A stretch of 46,421 nucleotides of DNA from assembly GCA_017543785.1 (NCBI GenBank), contig JAFYFI010000127.1, positions 1 to 46,421 on the forward strand, written 5' to 3'. The position numbers were made by a program, and so were the translations under genes. The notes beneath the pieces are model-generated. The model was not told the DNA's origin and made no database searches. It saw only the letters and a program-made list of their open reading frames with translations. Shown here one piece after another: positions 12,583 through 22,187 of this stretch. This stretch comes from Alloprevotella sp. (GTDB taxonomy: Bacteria > Bacteroidota > Bacteroidia > Bacteroidales > Bacteroidaceae). Numbering within the stretch: the stretch's first letter is position 1; the number at the start of each line of letters is the position of its first letter.

Positions 12583-14757
12583 CTAACGGATAAACATCAA
12601 CTCCCGATATTTGGGCAATGGCCAAGCTTCGTCTTCTACGATAAGTTCAAGTTTATCAACGTTAAATCGGATATCATGAAGTAAAGGCAGAATAACGTCA
12701 TGATAGGCTATTGCCTTCTCTCTTTCGTTCTCTATGTTCTCAACTACCCTCCGCTTTCCGTTCATTTCCTCTGTCTTCGTTGCAATATGGTTCAGATATT
12801 CATTTATCTGCGAAATTAGAGTCTTATTGTAGCTACATAGTTTTGCTGCTTCGGCGGCGTCATACACTTGATTTATTTTGCACACGTTATCGACTAATGC
12901 CGTCTGATATCTTGTAGCAACGGGTATGATGTGATTAAGGCACAAGTCGCCCATGACTCTTGCTTCTATTTGTATCTTCTTATGATAGGTCTCCCATTTT
13001 ATCTCGTTACGAGCTTTAAGTTCATTCCTATTCATGACACTCATGCTCTCAAACATCTGAACACTGTCTTCGTCAAGATATCTGTCATAGACTAACGTGG
13101 TATTTTTCTCACAATCAAGCCCACGTTGCTTTGCTTCTTGCTGCCATTCGGCGCTATAGCCATTACCACTGAAACGAATGGATTTAGAAGCACGTATATC
13201 TTCGCGCAGAGTCTCCAAGACGGCATCTATGCCACCGCCACGTTTTTCTACCCTCGCACTAAAACTCGTCAGAGCCTCAGCAACGGCAGTGTTTATTACT
13301 ATAAGTGCACTGGCACAATTAGCACTGCTTCCTACTGCACGAAATTCAAACCTGTTACCAGTAAAGGCAAAGGGGCTTGTACGGTTACGGTCGGTTTCGT
13401 GAATTATGAGTTTTGGTATCTGAGGTATGCCCAGCTGAACTCCACGTTTATCCCTGATACTGAAGAGCGCCTCTGTAGGATTTGTCTCTATGTGGTCCAA
13501 AAATGCCTCGAGCTGTTTCCCTATAAATGCTGAAATAATCGCTGGCGGAGCCTCACCAGCTCCAAGGCGATGCTCATTAGTAGCACTCATAATGGAAGCT
13601 TTGAGAAGTCCGTTGTGCTTCCACACTCCCATGAGAGTCTCCACTACGAACACAGCAAAGCGCAAGTTTTCTTCAGCAGTCTGCCCTGGAGCTAACAGCA
13701 TAGTACCAGCATCGGTTTGAAGTGACCAATTTTCATGTTTACCCGAGCCATTAACTCCTGCAAAAGGTTTTTCGTGGAGCAAGCACTGAAAACCATGTTT
13801 TCTGGCAGTGCGTCGCATGAGCGACATCAGCAGCATGTTATGGTCAACCGAGAGATTACACTCCTCATAGACAGGAGCCACCTCAAACTGATTTGGTGCC
13901 ACCTCGTTATGGCGTGTCTTCAAAGGTATACCAAGTTCATGTGCTCTTATCTCCAAGTCGCTCATAAAAGCCTGCACCCTATCGGGAATAGCGCTAAAAT
14001 AATGGTCATCCATCTGCTGGTCTTTAGCAGAGCTATGTCCCATTAGCGTGCGCCCAGTAAGTACCAGGTCGGGCCTTGCGGAAAAAAGGTCTTCGTCAAC
14101 AAGGAAATACTCCTGTTCCCATCCAAGGTTACATCTTACACTCTTCACTTTGCTATCGAAAAGCCTTGCCACAGCCGTAGCTGCTGTATTAAGCGACGAG
14201 AGCGACTTTTTCAATGGCGCTTTGTAATCGAGAGCTTCTCCTGTATAAGCTATAAATATAGTCGGTATCATCAGCGTATCGCCAATGATAAACACAGGAC
14301 TAGCAGGGTCCCAGGCAGTATAACCTCGTGCCTCAAAGGTACTACGTATGCCACCACTTGGAAAACTACTTGCATCGGGCTCCTGCTGCACTAGCATACT
14401 GCCCGTAAAGTTTTCTATAGCGTTGCCATTGGGGGCTAACTCTAGGAAGGCATCATGCTTCTCAGCCGTTCCCTCGGTTAGAGGCTGGAACCAGTGTGTG
14501 CAATGTGTAGCCCCCATCTCCATAGCCCACTTCTTCATTCCGTTGGCTACAATATCTGCAACATCTCTACCTAGAGAACTATTTTCACGTATAGCCAGCC
14601 GCAGAGCGCTATAAGCCTTTTGCGGAAGATAGCGGCGCATCTTTTCATCACTGAAAACATACTTGCCGAAATATACAGCGGGACGCCCGGCAGGCTGATG
14701 CACAGGAACGGGCTGGCGCCTGGAAGCTGCTATACAAGCTTGAAATCTTAGGTTCAT
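12583..14757 (-). CDS. glnA: Glutamine synthetase type III
   Basis: THWFQPLT, EPDASSFPSGGIRSTFEARGYTAWD, LGWEQEYFL, HNEVAPNQFE, LHEKPFAGVNGSGKH, DRNRTSPFAFTGNRFEFRAVG, WPLPKYRELMF. Confidence 0.95.
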   Translation of the reverse strand: MNLRFQACIAASRRQPVPVHQPAGRPAVYFGKYVFSDEKMRRYLPQKAYSALRLAIRENSSLGRDVADIVANGMKKWAMEMGATHCTHWFQPLTEGTAEKHDAFLELAPNGNAIENFTGSMLVQQEPDASSFPSGGIRSTFEARGYTAWDPASPVFIIGDTLMIPTIFIAYTGEALDYKAPLKKSLSSLNTAATAVARLFDSKVKSVRCNLGWEQEYFLVDEDLFSARPDLVLTGRTLMGHSSAKDQQMDDHYFSAIPDRVQAFMSDLEIRAHELGIPLKTRHNEVAPNQFEVAPVYEECNLSVDHNMLLMSLMRRTARKHGFQCLLHEKPFAGVNGSGKHENWSLQTDAGTMLLAPGQTAEENLRFAVFVVETLMGVWKHNGLLKASIMSATNEHRLGAGEAPPAIISAFIGKQLEAFLDHIETNPTEALFSIRDKRGVQLGIPQIPKLIIHETDRNRTSPFAFTGNRFEFRAVGSSANCASALIVINTAVAEALTSFSARVEKRGGGIDAVLETLREDIRASKSIRFSGNGYSAEWQQEAKQRGLDCEKNTTLVYDRYLDEDSVQMFESMSVMNRNELKARNEIKWETYHKKIQIEARVMGDLCLNHIIPVATRYQTALVDNVCKINQVYDAAEAAKLCSYNKTLISQINEYLNHIATKTEEMNGKRRVVENIENEREKAIAYHDVILPLLHDIRFNVDKLELIVEDEAWPLPKYRELMFIR

Positions 14758-14790
14758 CTTCAAATAACGTGAGGGTTGTATAGTTTTTCT

Positions 14791-15432
14791 TTAGAAGAAG
14801 TCCAACAACTCTTTCAGGCATTCAAAGTCCTTCAGACTCCAGTATTTCTCGCCCATAAGTTTGCGAAATTCTTTCTTTTTCTCTGTCTTAATTATCTTTT
14901 TCAGTTTACTCTCAACAGCTGGGACGAATTTTCCTTTTACATAGAAATAATAGGCTTCCTTGAGCGGATAGCCTTTATCTTCGTTGCGAACAGCTTCTTC
15001 ATGTAGCTTCATATAGACGCCAATATCAGGAATTTCAAGATATTCCGTGTTTTCGTCGCCTCTGAACTCAGCTTCATAGCGAGCCATGTCGATGGTAGTT
15101 ACACGAATAAGTTGTGCATTATTCTTTTCTGCAACGATTTGTCCAAACTGTCCGTTGACATTCTTATACTCCGCATCATGGAATTTTACACCCAGCACTT
15201 TATCAACATTAGCCCGATAAACCAAACCGTCACGGATGAAACAAAGTGAAGCATCTTTCAGGTAAATGTTAACATCTTCCTTCACCTCTCTGCCAAAATA
15301 TTGCACTATCCGAGCTCTCTCATATGAGGGTCTCTCGTAAAGCGACACAGAGCGTCGCTGAATCTGCTGCTGTTGGGGAAAAACCGTTGCAGGAAGGAGT
15401 AGAAAAGCTAAAAGAAGTATTCGTTTCAACAT
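14791..15432 (-). CDS. Hypothetical secreted protein
   Basis: Signal-peptide-like MLKRILLLAFLLLPATVFPQ; own promoter box at 15452-15459. The start could be 15441. No family recognised. Confidence 0.7.
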   Translation of the reverse strand: MLKRILLLAFLLLPATVFPQQQQIQRRSVSLYERPSYERARIVQYFGREVKEDVNIYLKDASLCFIRDGLVYRANVDKVLGVKFHDAEYKNVNGQFGQIVAEKNNAQLIRVTTIDMARYEAEFRGDENTEYLEIPDIGVYMKLHEEAVRNEDKGYPLKEAYYFYVKGKFVPAVESKLKKIIKTEKKKEFRKLMGEKYWSLKDFECLKELLDFF

Positions 15433-15451
15433 AAGCTGCATACTTTTACGG

Positions 15452-15459
15452 CAAAGGTA
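15452..15459 (-). promoter_or_regulatory. -7 promoter box (TACCTTTG), likely driving the minus-strand run from the hypothetical gene through glnA onward
   Basis: TAnnTTTG match immediately upstream of the first gene of a same-strand gene run. Confidence 0.65.
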
Positions 15460-15523
15460 TAACTTTTTCGCTGCACTTGCCAAACTTTAAGGGTTTAACG
15501 TTTAAATTGTATAAAAGATTGAC

Positions 15524-15531
15524 TAACTTTG
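15524..15531 (+). promoter_or_regulatory. -7 promoter box (TAACTTTG) for the YidE-family transporter
   Basis: Consensus match 25 nt upstream of the ATG at 15557. Confidence 0.7.
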
Positions 15532-15556
15532 CCGCCAAATTATAACAAAACACAAT

Positions 15557-17338
15557 ATGGATTGGTTAAGCAACATTTTTATGCACCCTGCAGGCCCTGC
15601 TTTTTTGGCAATAGCCTTTGCTGTTGTAATTTGGGGAGGAGTAAAACTAGGACGCATAAAGCTCGGAGGTATTTCTCTTGGTGTAACATTTGTGCTCTTC
15701 GTGGGCATTCTTTTCGGACATATATATAATGTATATATCGTTAAGCCCGAACTAGCCAGCAACCCTGAGTTCAGCGGTTCTATTGCAGCGATGAACCAAA
15801 TCATAAATTTCGCAAAAGAACTTGGTCTGATACTCTTTGTATATTGCATAGGATTGCAAGTGGGGCCAGGCTTTTTTGCTACTTTCAAAAAAGGCGGAAT
15901 AAGCATGAATCTTATAAGCGTCTGCATGATACTGCTTAATGTAGGTGTAATGCTTGGGCTCTTCTTCCTTTGGTTCTATGATGGTAGTGCCACAAATGGA
16001 GAAAATCAGTTCAACCTGGCAATGATGGTAGGTGTAATGTATGGTGCTGTGACAAATACTCCTGGTCTTGGTGCCGCCAACAGCGTATTGCCATCTTTCC
16101 CCGAAGGAACATTTGGCAACGATGCACTCCCATCTCTTGCCGATGGCTATGCCTGCGCATATCCGCTCGGTGTCATAGGAATCATAGGGGCAACAATCAT
16201 TATACGCTATCTCTGCAAGATATCTCTTAAAAAGGAGACAGAGCAGATAGAACGCGAGCAGGAAGCCGACCCAACCGCCATACCTCATCACCTCTACATT
16301 CAAGTAACGAACAAGGGAATATGCGGAAAGACCGTGAAGGAATTACACGACTTCCTGAAGCGTGACTTTGTATTTTCACGCTACAAAATAGGCGATGAAA
16401 TGATGATTCCCAATGGCGACACGGTGCTGCAGGAAGGCATGAAACTGATGCTTGTTTGCCCTGAGGCAGACATGGACGCCATCGTCTCACTCATTGGTGT
16501 CAGACTTAAGGAAAGTTGGCGCAAAGAAATCAATGAAAACACCAAATATGTAAGTCGCCGCCTCGTTGTCACAAATCCTGCCGTAAACGGAAAGACATTC
16601 AACGACCTGCATTTCTCCACTCTCTACAACGTCAATGTAACACGCGTCACACGCTCAGGCATGACGATGTTTGCCTCGCGCGGCTTCCGTCTCCAGATGG
16701 GCGACCGCCTGCTTATGACCGGAACAGAGGAAAACATAAACAGAGTTAAGGACATAATTGGAGATACAATTAAGCATCTGGAGCATCCCAATGTAGGCAT
16801 GGTATTCTTGGGCATATTGCTCGGAGTGTTGCTCGGGCAGCTCCCCATACCCATACCCGGAATAGAAGTCCCCGTCAAACTAGGACTTGCTGGTGGACCA
16901 CTTGTAGTTGCAATACTCATCGGCGCTTTTGGCTATAAATTCAAAATCACTGCATATACCACAACTAGTGCCAACCTCATGATGCGTGAAACGGGTCTTT
17001 GCCTATTCCTTGCCGGAGTGGGCATACAGGCTGGTGCCACATTCTGGGAAACCGTAGCCAACGGCGGATACCACTACGTTTGGATGGGATTTCTCATTAC
17101 GGTAATTCCTATTCTCATCATGGGAGTCATTGCACGTTGGAAACTGAAACTCAACTACTACACCCTCATGGGACTCATCGCCGGTACATACACCGACCCA
17201 CCCGCCCTGGCTTTTGCCGGACAAACAGCGAACAACGATGCACCGGCAATAGGCTACTCCACAGTCTATCCGCTATCAATGTTTATGCGCATTCTCATGG
17301 CGCAGCTTACGCTGTTACTCGTGATACCACTATTATAA
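15557..17338 (+). CDS. AspT/YidE/YbjL-family putative transporter with two TrkA-C domains
   Basis: SLGVTFVLFVGI, ELGLILFVYCIGLQVGPGFF, GAVTNTPGLGAA, YACAYPLG, LGLAGGPLVVA, GTYTDPPAL, YSTVYP duplicated membrane domains. Confidence 0.9.
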   Translation: MDWLSNIFMHPAGPAFLAIAFAVVIWGGVKLGRIKLGGISLGVTFVLFVGILFGHIYNVYIVKPELASNPEFSGSIAAMNQIINFAKELGLILFVYCIGLQVGPGFFATFKKGGISMNLISVCMILLNVGVMLGLFFLWFYDGSATNGENQFNLAMMVGVMYGAVTNTPGLGAANSVLPSFPEGTFGNDALPSLADGYACAYPLGVIGIIGATIIIRYLCKISLKKETEQIEREQEADPTAIPHHLYIQVTNKGICGKTVKELHDFLKRDFVFSRYKIGDEMMIPNGDTVLQEGMKLMLVCPEADMDAIVSLIGVRLKESWRKEINENTKYVSRRLVVTNPAVNGKTFNDLHFSTLYNVNVTRVTRSGMTMFASRGFRLQMGDRLLMTGTEENINRVKDIIGDTIKHLEHPNVGMVFLGILLGVLLGQLPIPIPGIEVPVKLGLAGGPLVVAILIGAFGYKFKITAYTTTSANLMMRETGLCLFLAGVGIQAGATFWETVANGGYHYVWMGFLITVIPILIMGVIARWKLKLNYYTLMGLIAGTYTDPPALAFAGQTANNDAPAIGYSTVYPLSMFMRILMAQLTLLLVIPLL

Positions 17339-17371
17339 GAAATAAAACACAATATCTAAAACCTAAACCAC

Positions 17372-18058
17372 ATGTACACTTCAATGGGAGGATGGATAAT
17401 CTTTGGCGTCATAGCTCTGGTGAGCTGGCTTGTTCAGCTCAATCTGACGCGTAAGTTCGAGAAATACTCAAAAGTCGCCATTGCCAGCGGTTTGACAGGA
17501 GCTCAGGTCGCAGAGAAAATGCTTAAAGAAAATGGGCTGTACGATGTCAGCGTAACTCACGTCAGCGGCACACTGACCGACCACTACAATCCTGCGACAA
17601 AAACGGTAAATCTATCAGACGAGGTATATAGCAGCTACAGTGTTGCTGCCGCTGCCGTTGCCGCTCATGAGTGTGGCCACGCGGTACAACACGCTCGCGC
17701 CTATGCTCCGCTGCAACTGCGTTCTGCCCTTGTTCCTGCCGTGAGCTTTTCCAGTAAATATGTCAGCTGGATTCTTCTGGCAGGTATGCTACTGATTAAC
17801 ATTTTCCCATACCTTCTTCTATTGGGAATAGTGATGTTCGCTATGACAACAATCTTCAGTTTTGTCACTTTGCCTGTAGAGATAGATGCCAGCCGACGTG
17901 CCACACTTTGGCTCCAGGAAGCGGGCATCACCTCGCCCACTGAGCATCCCATGGCAGTAAGTGCCCTTCGTAGCGCAGCATACACATACGTGTCAGCAGC
18001 ACTTGGCTCACTGGCTACGCTGTTCTACTACTTAATGATATTCTTGGACAGGAGGTAA
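17372..18058 (+). CDS. Membrane zinc metallopeptidase (YugP / Zn_peptidase_2 family)
   Basis: LTDHYNP, AVAAHECGHAVQHA, TLPVEIDASRRA, AAYTYV. Confidence 0.9.
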   Translation: MYTSMGGWIIFGVIALVSWLVQLNLTRKFEKYSKVAIASGLTGAQVAEKMLKENGLYDVSVTHVSGTLTDHYNPATKTVNLSDEVYSSYSVAAAAVAAHECGHAVQHARAYAPLQLRSALVPAVSFSSKYVSWILLAGMLLINIFPYLLLLGIVMFAMTTIFSFVTLPVEIDASRRATLWLQEAGITSPTEHPMAVSALRSAAYTYVSAALGSLATLFYYLMIFLDRR

Positions 18059-18086
18059 ATATAAGAGAGAAACTGAGCGGGAAATA

Positions 18087-19976
18087 CTAAGCCAAAACGA
18101 AAAATCCATCGCAGAGCTTTATCTTACCCTCATCAACAAGTTCCTGAAAAGCTTCCAATAGCGATTCCATATCAGCCCCGACGTATCGGACCTCATCCGG
18201 TCGTCGGGGTTTTCTGTCTTTCATATCGTTTAGGATTTTTTCCTTGAGGGCTAAAGGCTGCTTTCGGTTGGGGCTAACACAAACGTCACAATGACCACAA
18301 TCTGAAGCTTCAGTGTCGCCGAAATAATTAAGCATATATTTGCTCCTACATACGGTGTCATCCTCGCAGTATTCTATCATGTGCCTGATACGTTCTTCCA
18401 TGCATTCCCTACGCTTGTCGTATATCATTTCCGGAAGAACGACAAGTTCTTTCTCTACCCTACGGCGCAGATATTTAATATGCGGAACATTCTTCCGTGG
18501 TATAAAATGGAGAATTCTTTCAAAATTCAGTTGTTTCAGTGCTTGATATACCTCTTCGCTTGTCAGTCCTGTAGCTTGTGCCAGATGCTCTTCTTCTATA
18601 TACACATAATCGCTAAAAAGCCCTGTATAGTTGCGGAGCAAAGCCTGCATAACGGCATCCTGTGCAGGTTCAAGGTAATTCATCTGATAGAGGTCATCGC
18701 GCTGCATCAGGAACAGCACCCTTGAGATATTTTCCTCAGCCTCGGAGAATTCTATGTAGCCAGCACGTGTTAGTAGCTGAAGGGCGCTTGTCACTGGAAC
18801 TGGAAAGTATCGAAATACCTTACAAAATTTCTCTACATTAAATTCAAAATTTCTACCCTCAGCACCCCCCATAGGAATCTCCAGAAAATAGGCAATATGC
18901 TCATAGACATCACGGATATATTCTATTGAGGGGAATGTATCTACTACTCTCTGGCGCAGTTTCCTGGAATCATGCCCTGCATAAAGCATCACCGAATATG
19001 CACGCTTGCCATCCCTGCCTGCACGTCCTGCTTCCTGAAAGTATGACTCGATGCTGTCAGGCGCGTCCATGTGAATCACCACACGAACGTCGGGCTTGTC
19101 TATACCCATACCAAATGCATTGGTAGCTACCATGACCCTGACATCTTCTTTCAGCCACATACTTTGTCTTACGTCTTTGTCCGTATTGGTTAGACCTGCG
19201 TGATAATAGAGTGCTGTTATGCCCTCTGACTTCAAAAGTTTTGCCAAGTCGCGCGTTTGTTGCCGGCTTCGTGCATAGACTATTGCCGACCCAGGAACAC
19301 TGCGCAGAATATGAAGGAGCTCGCCTTCTTTGTCCTCAGTACGACGTACTACATAGGTGAGGTTCTTACGTTCAAAACTCATTCTGTAGTAGCCATAGCC
19401 CTCCCTAAACTGCAACTGATGTATTATGTCCTCAACCACCTCTGGTGTGGCTGTTGCAGTGAGTGCCAGAATGGGCACATTGGGAAGAAGTTTGCGGACA
19501 TTTTGTATTTCCAGATATGCCGGACGAAAGTCGTAGCCCCACTGCGATATGCAGTGTGCTTCATCTACAGCCACAAAACATACGTCCATACGGCGCAGCT
19601 TCTGCTGGAACATTTCGGAGGAGAGTCTCTCAGGAGAGATATACAGAAATTTAGGACCTCCATAGATACAGTTGTCCAGATACTGCAACTGCTTCGACCT
19701 GTCAACGCCAGAATACACCGCTACAGCTGGAATGCCGAGCTGTCTTAGGTGGTGCACCTGGTCTTTCATCAAGGCTATGAGCGGTGTGATGACAATGCAG
19801 AGCCCTTCCATGGCTAGGGCGGGCACCTGAAAGGTTAAACTTTTCCCACCTCCCGTAGGCATAAGCCCCAAGGTATCGTGCCCCGAGGATATGCTTTGGA
19901 TTATGTCTTCCTGAATGCCACGAAACGACTTATATCCCCAATACTGATATAATATTTCGGAAAAATCTTGCGTCAT
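18087..19976 (-). CDS. recQ: RecQ-family ATP-dependent DNA helicase
   Basis: MPTGGGKSL, VDEAHCISQWGYDFRPAY, ALTATAT, ATNAFGMGIDKPDVR, QEAGRAGRDG, CR..CGHCDVC Zn site. Confidence 0.95.
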   Translation of the reverse strand: MTQDFSEILYQYWGYKSFRGIQEDIIQSISSGHDTLGLMPTGGGKSLTFQVPALAMEGLCIVITPLIALMKDQVHHLRQLGIPAVAVYSGVDRSKQLQYLDNCIYGGPKFLYISPERLSSEMFQQKLRRMDVCFVAVDEAHCISQWGYDFRPAYLEIQNVRKLLPNVPILALTATATPEVVEDIIHQLQFREGYGYYRMSFERKNLTYVVRRTEDKEGELLHILRSVPGSAIVYARSRQQTRDLAKLLKSEGITALYYHAGLTNTDKDVRQSMWLKEDVRVMVATNAFGMGIDKPDVRVVIHMDAPDSIESYFQEAGRAGRDGKRAYSVMLYAGHDSRKLRQRVVDTFPSIEYIRDVYEHIAYFLEIPMGGAEGRNFEFNVEKFCKVFRYFPVPVTSALQLLTRAGYIEFSEAEENISRVLFLMQRDDLYQMNYLEPAQDAVMQALLRNYTGLFSDYVYIEEEHLAQATGLTSEEVYQALKQLNFERILHFIPRKNVPHIKYLRRRVEKELVVLPEMIYDKRRECMEERIRHMIEYCEDDTVCRSKYMLNYFGDTEASDCGHCDVCVSPNRKQPLALKEKILNDMKDRKPRRPDEVRYVGADMESLLEAFQELVDEGKIKLCDGFFVLA

Positions 19977-21691
19977 TCACAGGGACGGATATCTATGATT
20001 TGTAGCTGTACTTCCCCACGTTTATGGGAATTTTCTTCTATTGTGTAGCAAATGTCAAAAGCACGACGTGTCTTGATGTATCGTGCCTGCGAACTCTGCC
20101 CGAAGGCTATACCATTTATCACTGTATTGCTCTTTCCGTCAACGAGTTCCAGTTTAATATGCTCCTGTCCTCTGCCTACCACCTTGCTCGTTCCATAGTC
20201 ATAGACCCTGCGTGTGCAGAATACCGGACGCTCATTATCAGGACCAAAGGGAGCAAAACGACGAAGTTTCTTGAAAAAGTTGAAGGTTATATCGCTAAAG
20301 TCCAGATACCCGTCTATGTCGAGCGTGGGTTTCGTCTGTTCGTTGAGAATGTGCTCCTCGACAAAAGCCTCAAAGCGTTTGGCAAACTCGGGCACATTCT
20401 CCACCTTCATAGAGAGCCCTGCAGCATAGGTATGTCCTCCAAAATTCTGCAAAAGATCAGCACAGTGCTGCACAGCCTTATATACGTCAAATCCGCTGAC
20501 ACTACGTGCAGAACCTGTTGCCACGCCCTCGCTTTCAGTCAGCACTACAACGGGACGGTAATACTGTTCCGTCAGCCTACTTGCCACGATGCCTATGACG
20601 CCCTTATGCCATTCAGGATTGTAGATGACTATGCTGCGTTTTTCCTCCAGGTTGGGCATCTCTTTCACGAGTTCAACGGCTTGTTCCGTCATCTTTTTAT
20701 CCAAGTCCTTTCGAGCATCGTTATACAGGTCTATCTTCTCCGCCATTTCCTTTGCCGTAGCATAGTCGTTCTCTACCAGCAGCGAAACAGCCTCTTGCCC
20801 GTTTTGCACTCGCCCCGAGGCATTAAGACGCGGACCTATACGGAAGATGATGTCGTTGAGAGTCAACTCTCTTTCGCCCATACGACATACATCTATAATA
20901 GCCTGCAAGCCTACTGAGGGGTTGGAGTTGAGGCAACGAAGACCATGCCACGCCAAAATTCTGTTCTCACCCATGATAGGCACAATGTCTGTAGCAATGC
21001 TTATTGCACAAAGGTCCAACAGTTCTGCCAGACGATTGAATTCTATGCCGTTACTTATGGCGAAAGCCTGCATGAGTTTGAATCCCACCCCACAGCCCGA
21101 AAGGTGTTCATAAGGATAGTGGTTGTCGGGGCGTTTAGGATTGAGTATTGCCACTGCTGGCGGCATCTCCTCGTCGGGAACATGGTGGTCGCAAATAATG
21201 AAGTCAATGCCAAGTTCTTTAGCATAGGCTATCTCGTCGATAGCTTTTATGCCGCAATCGAGCACTATTATCAGCCTGACGCCCGATTCGCAGGCAAAGT
21301 CAATTCCCTTTCGACTTATGCCATAGCCTTCCTCGTACCTGTCAGGGATGTAGGTGGAAACATTGGCATAATACTGACGCAAAAATTTATATACAAGCGC
21401 CACAGCCGTGCATCCGTCAACGTCATAGTCGCCATAGACCATGATTCTCTCCTTCTTGATTATGGCTTTGTTAAGCCTGTCCACGGCTACCTGCATATCG
21501 TTCATCAAGAATGGGTCGTGGAGGTCGGAGAGCTGCGGACGGAAGAACTTGCGTATTTCCGTGGGGTCTATCACTCCTCGCTCAAGAAGGAGCTTTCCCA
21601 TAACCGTATGGACACCTGCCTCAGCGGCTAACCTGACGGCGAGGGCCTCGCCGGAAGCGTCCAACGATTTATAGTTCCATTTGTACTGCAT
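19973..21691 (-). CDS. recJ: Single-stranded-DNA-specific exonuclease RecJ
   Basis: GDYDVDG, PDRYEEGYG, LDCGI, CDHH, IGPRLNASGR, WHKGVIGIVASR, GSARS, FGGH; 4-nt overlap with recQ. Confidence 0.96.
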   Translation of the reverse strand: MQYKWNYKSLDASGEALAVRLAAEAGVHTVMGKLLLERGVIDPTEIRKFFRPQLSDLHDPFLMNDMQVAVDRLNKAIIKKERIMVYGDYDVDGCTAVALVYKFLRQYYANVSTYIPDRYEEGYGISRKGIDFACESGVRLIIVLDCGIKAIDEIAYAKELGIDFIICDHHVPDEEMPPAVAILNPKRPDNHYPYEHLSGCGVGFKLMQAFAISNGIEFNRLAELLDLCAISIATDIVPIMGENRILAWHGLRCLNSNPSVGLQAIIDVCRMGERELTLNDIIFRIGPRLNASGRVQNGQEAVSLLVENDYATAKEMAEKIDLYNDARKDLDKKMTEQAVELVKEMPNLEEKRSIVIYNPEWHKGVIGIVASRLTEQYYRPVVVLTESEGVATGSARSVSGFDVYKAVQHCADLLQNFGGHTYAAGLSMKVENVPEFAKRFEAFVEEHILNEQTKPTLDIDGYLDFSDITFNFFKKLRRFAPFGPDNERPVFCTRRVYDYGTSKVVGRGQEHIKLELVDGKSNTVINGIAFGQSSQARYIKTRRAFDICYTIEENSHKRGEVQLQIIDIRPCE

Positions 21692-21786
21692 GATATGTTG
21701 TTTTTTATTTTTTTCATTTTTATCGGGTAGGCACTCAATGCCCTTATGTAGATTTACAAATCGCTTTAGCTCACGAGTCGGGAAGC

Positions 21787-21817
21787 AAAAAATAGCGATT
21801 TCATCGTAATATTTTGA
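21787..21817. repeat. Left arm of a ~31-bp imperfect inverted repeat
   Basis: aaaaaatagcgatttcatcgtaatattttga; its reverse complement matches 22158-22187 with a 13-bp perfect core. Confidence 0.75.
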
Positions 21818-21860
21818 AACGTTTCTTCCTCATCAGCACATACTCTCCCAAATTAGCAGG

Positions 21861-21868
21861 CTAAGTTA
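21861..21868 (-). promoter_or_regulatory. Near-consensus -7 box (TAACTTAG), candidate recJ-recQ promoter
   Basis: One mismatch to TAnnTTTG, about 170 nt upstream of the recJ ATG. Confidence 0.45.
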
Positions 21869-21941
21869 TGAAAAATCTGATGATTTTTTTACCCCTTCGC
21901 CATATTTAACATTATATTAACTATTAGTATTGGCAAAACAT

Positions 21942-21949
21942 TAAATTTG
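21942..21949 (+). promoter_or_regulatory. Consensus -7 box (TAAATTTG) with no annotated downstream gene
   Basis: Exact TAnnTTTG at the end of an AT-rich tract, divergent from the recJ promoter. Confidence 0.4.
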
Positions 21950-22110
21950 GCGAAACCGCCGGCAAAAATGACGGAAAACTCTGAAAGGGAAACTTTCGCA
22001 AGAAAACATAAGTTCAAGGGAAGCCATGCCCTGTCATACCGGAATCATCCATTATAGACGACAATCCAAGCTCTGCAACATCTCTCTACCCCCTGCCAGC
22101 CTTACCACAT

Positions 22111-22150
22111 AAAAGCAGCCCTGAGCTTAGAAGAAAGCCCAGGGCTGCTT
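22111..22150 (-). terminator. Intrinsic terminator of the M48 peptidase gene
   Basis: Stem aagcagccctgagctt / aagcccagggctgctt. The single mismatch is a G.U pair on the minus-strand RNA, followed by Us. Confidence 0.75.
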
Positions 22151-22157
22151 AAAAATC

Positions 22158-22187
22158 TCAAAATATGCGATGAAATCGCTGTTTTTT
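22158..22187. repeat. Right arm of the ~31-bp imperfect inverted repeat
   Basis: tcaaaatatgcgatgaaatcgctgtttttt versus the left-arm reverse complement tcaaaatattacgatgaaatcgctatttttt. Confidence 0.75.

Noticed and set aside
20024-21631. Long plus-strand ORFs (297 and 228 aa) antisense to recJ, and similar shadow ORFs over lacZ, thrA, the nucleotidyltransferase (26816-27580) and the giant genes
   Set aside because: They lie opposite well-supported genes, have no recognisable motifs and are the expected by-product of codon bias.
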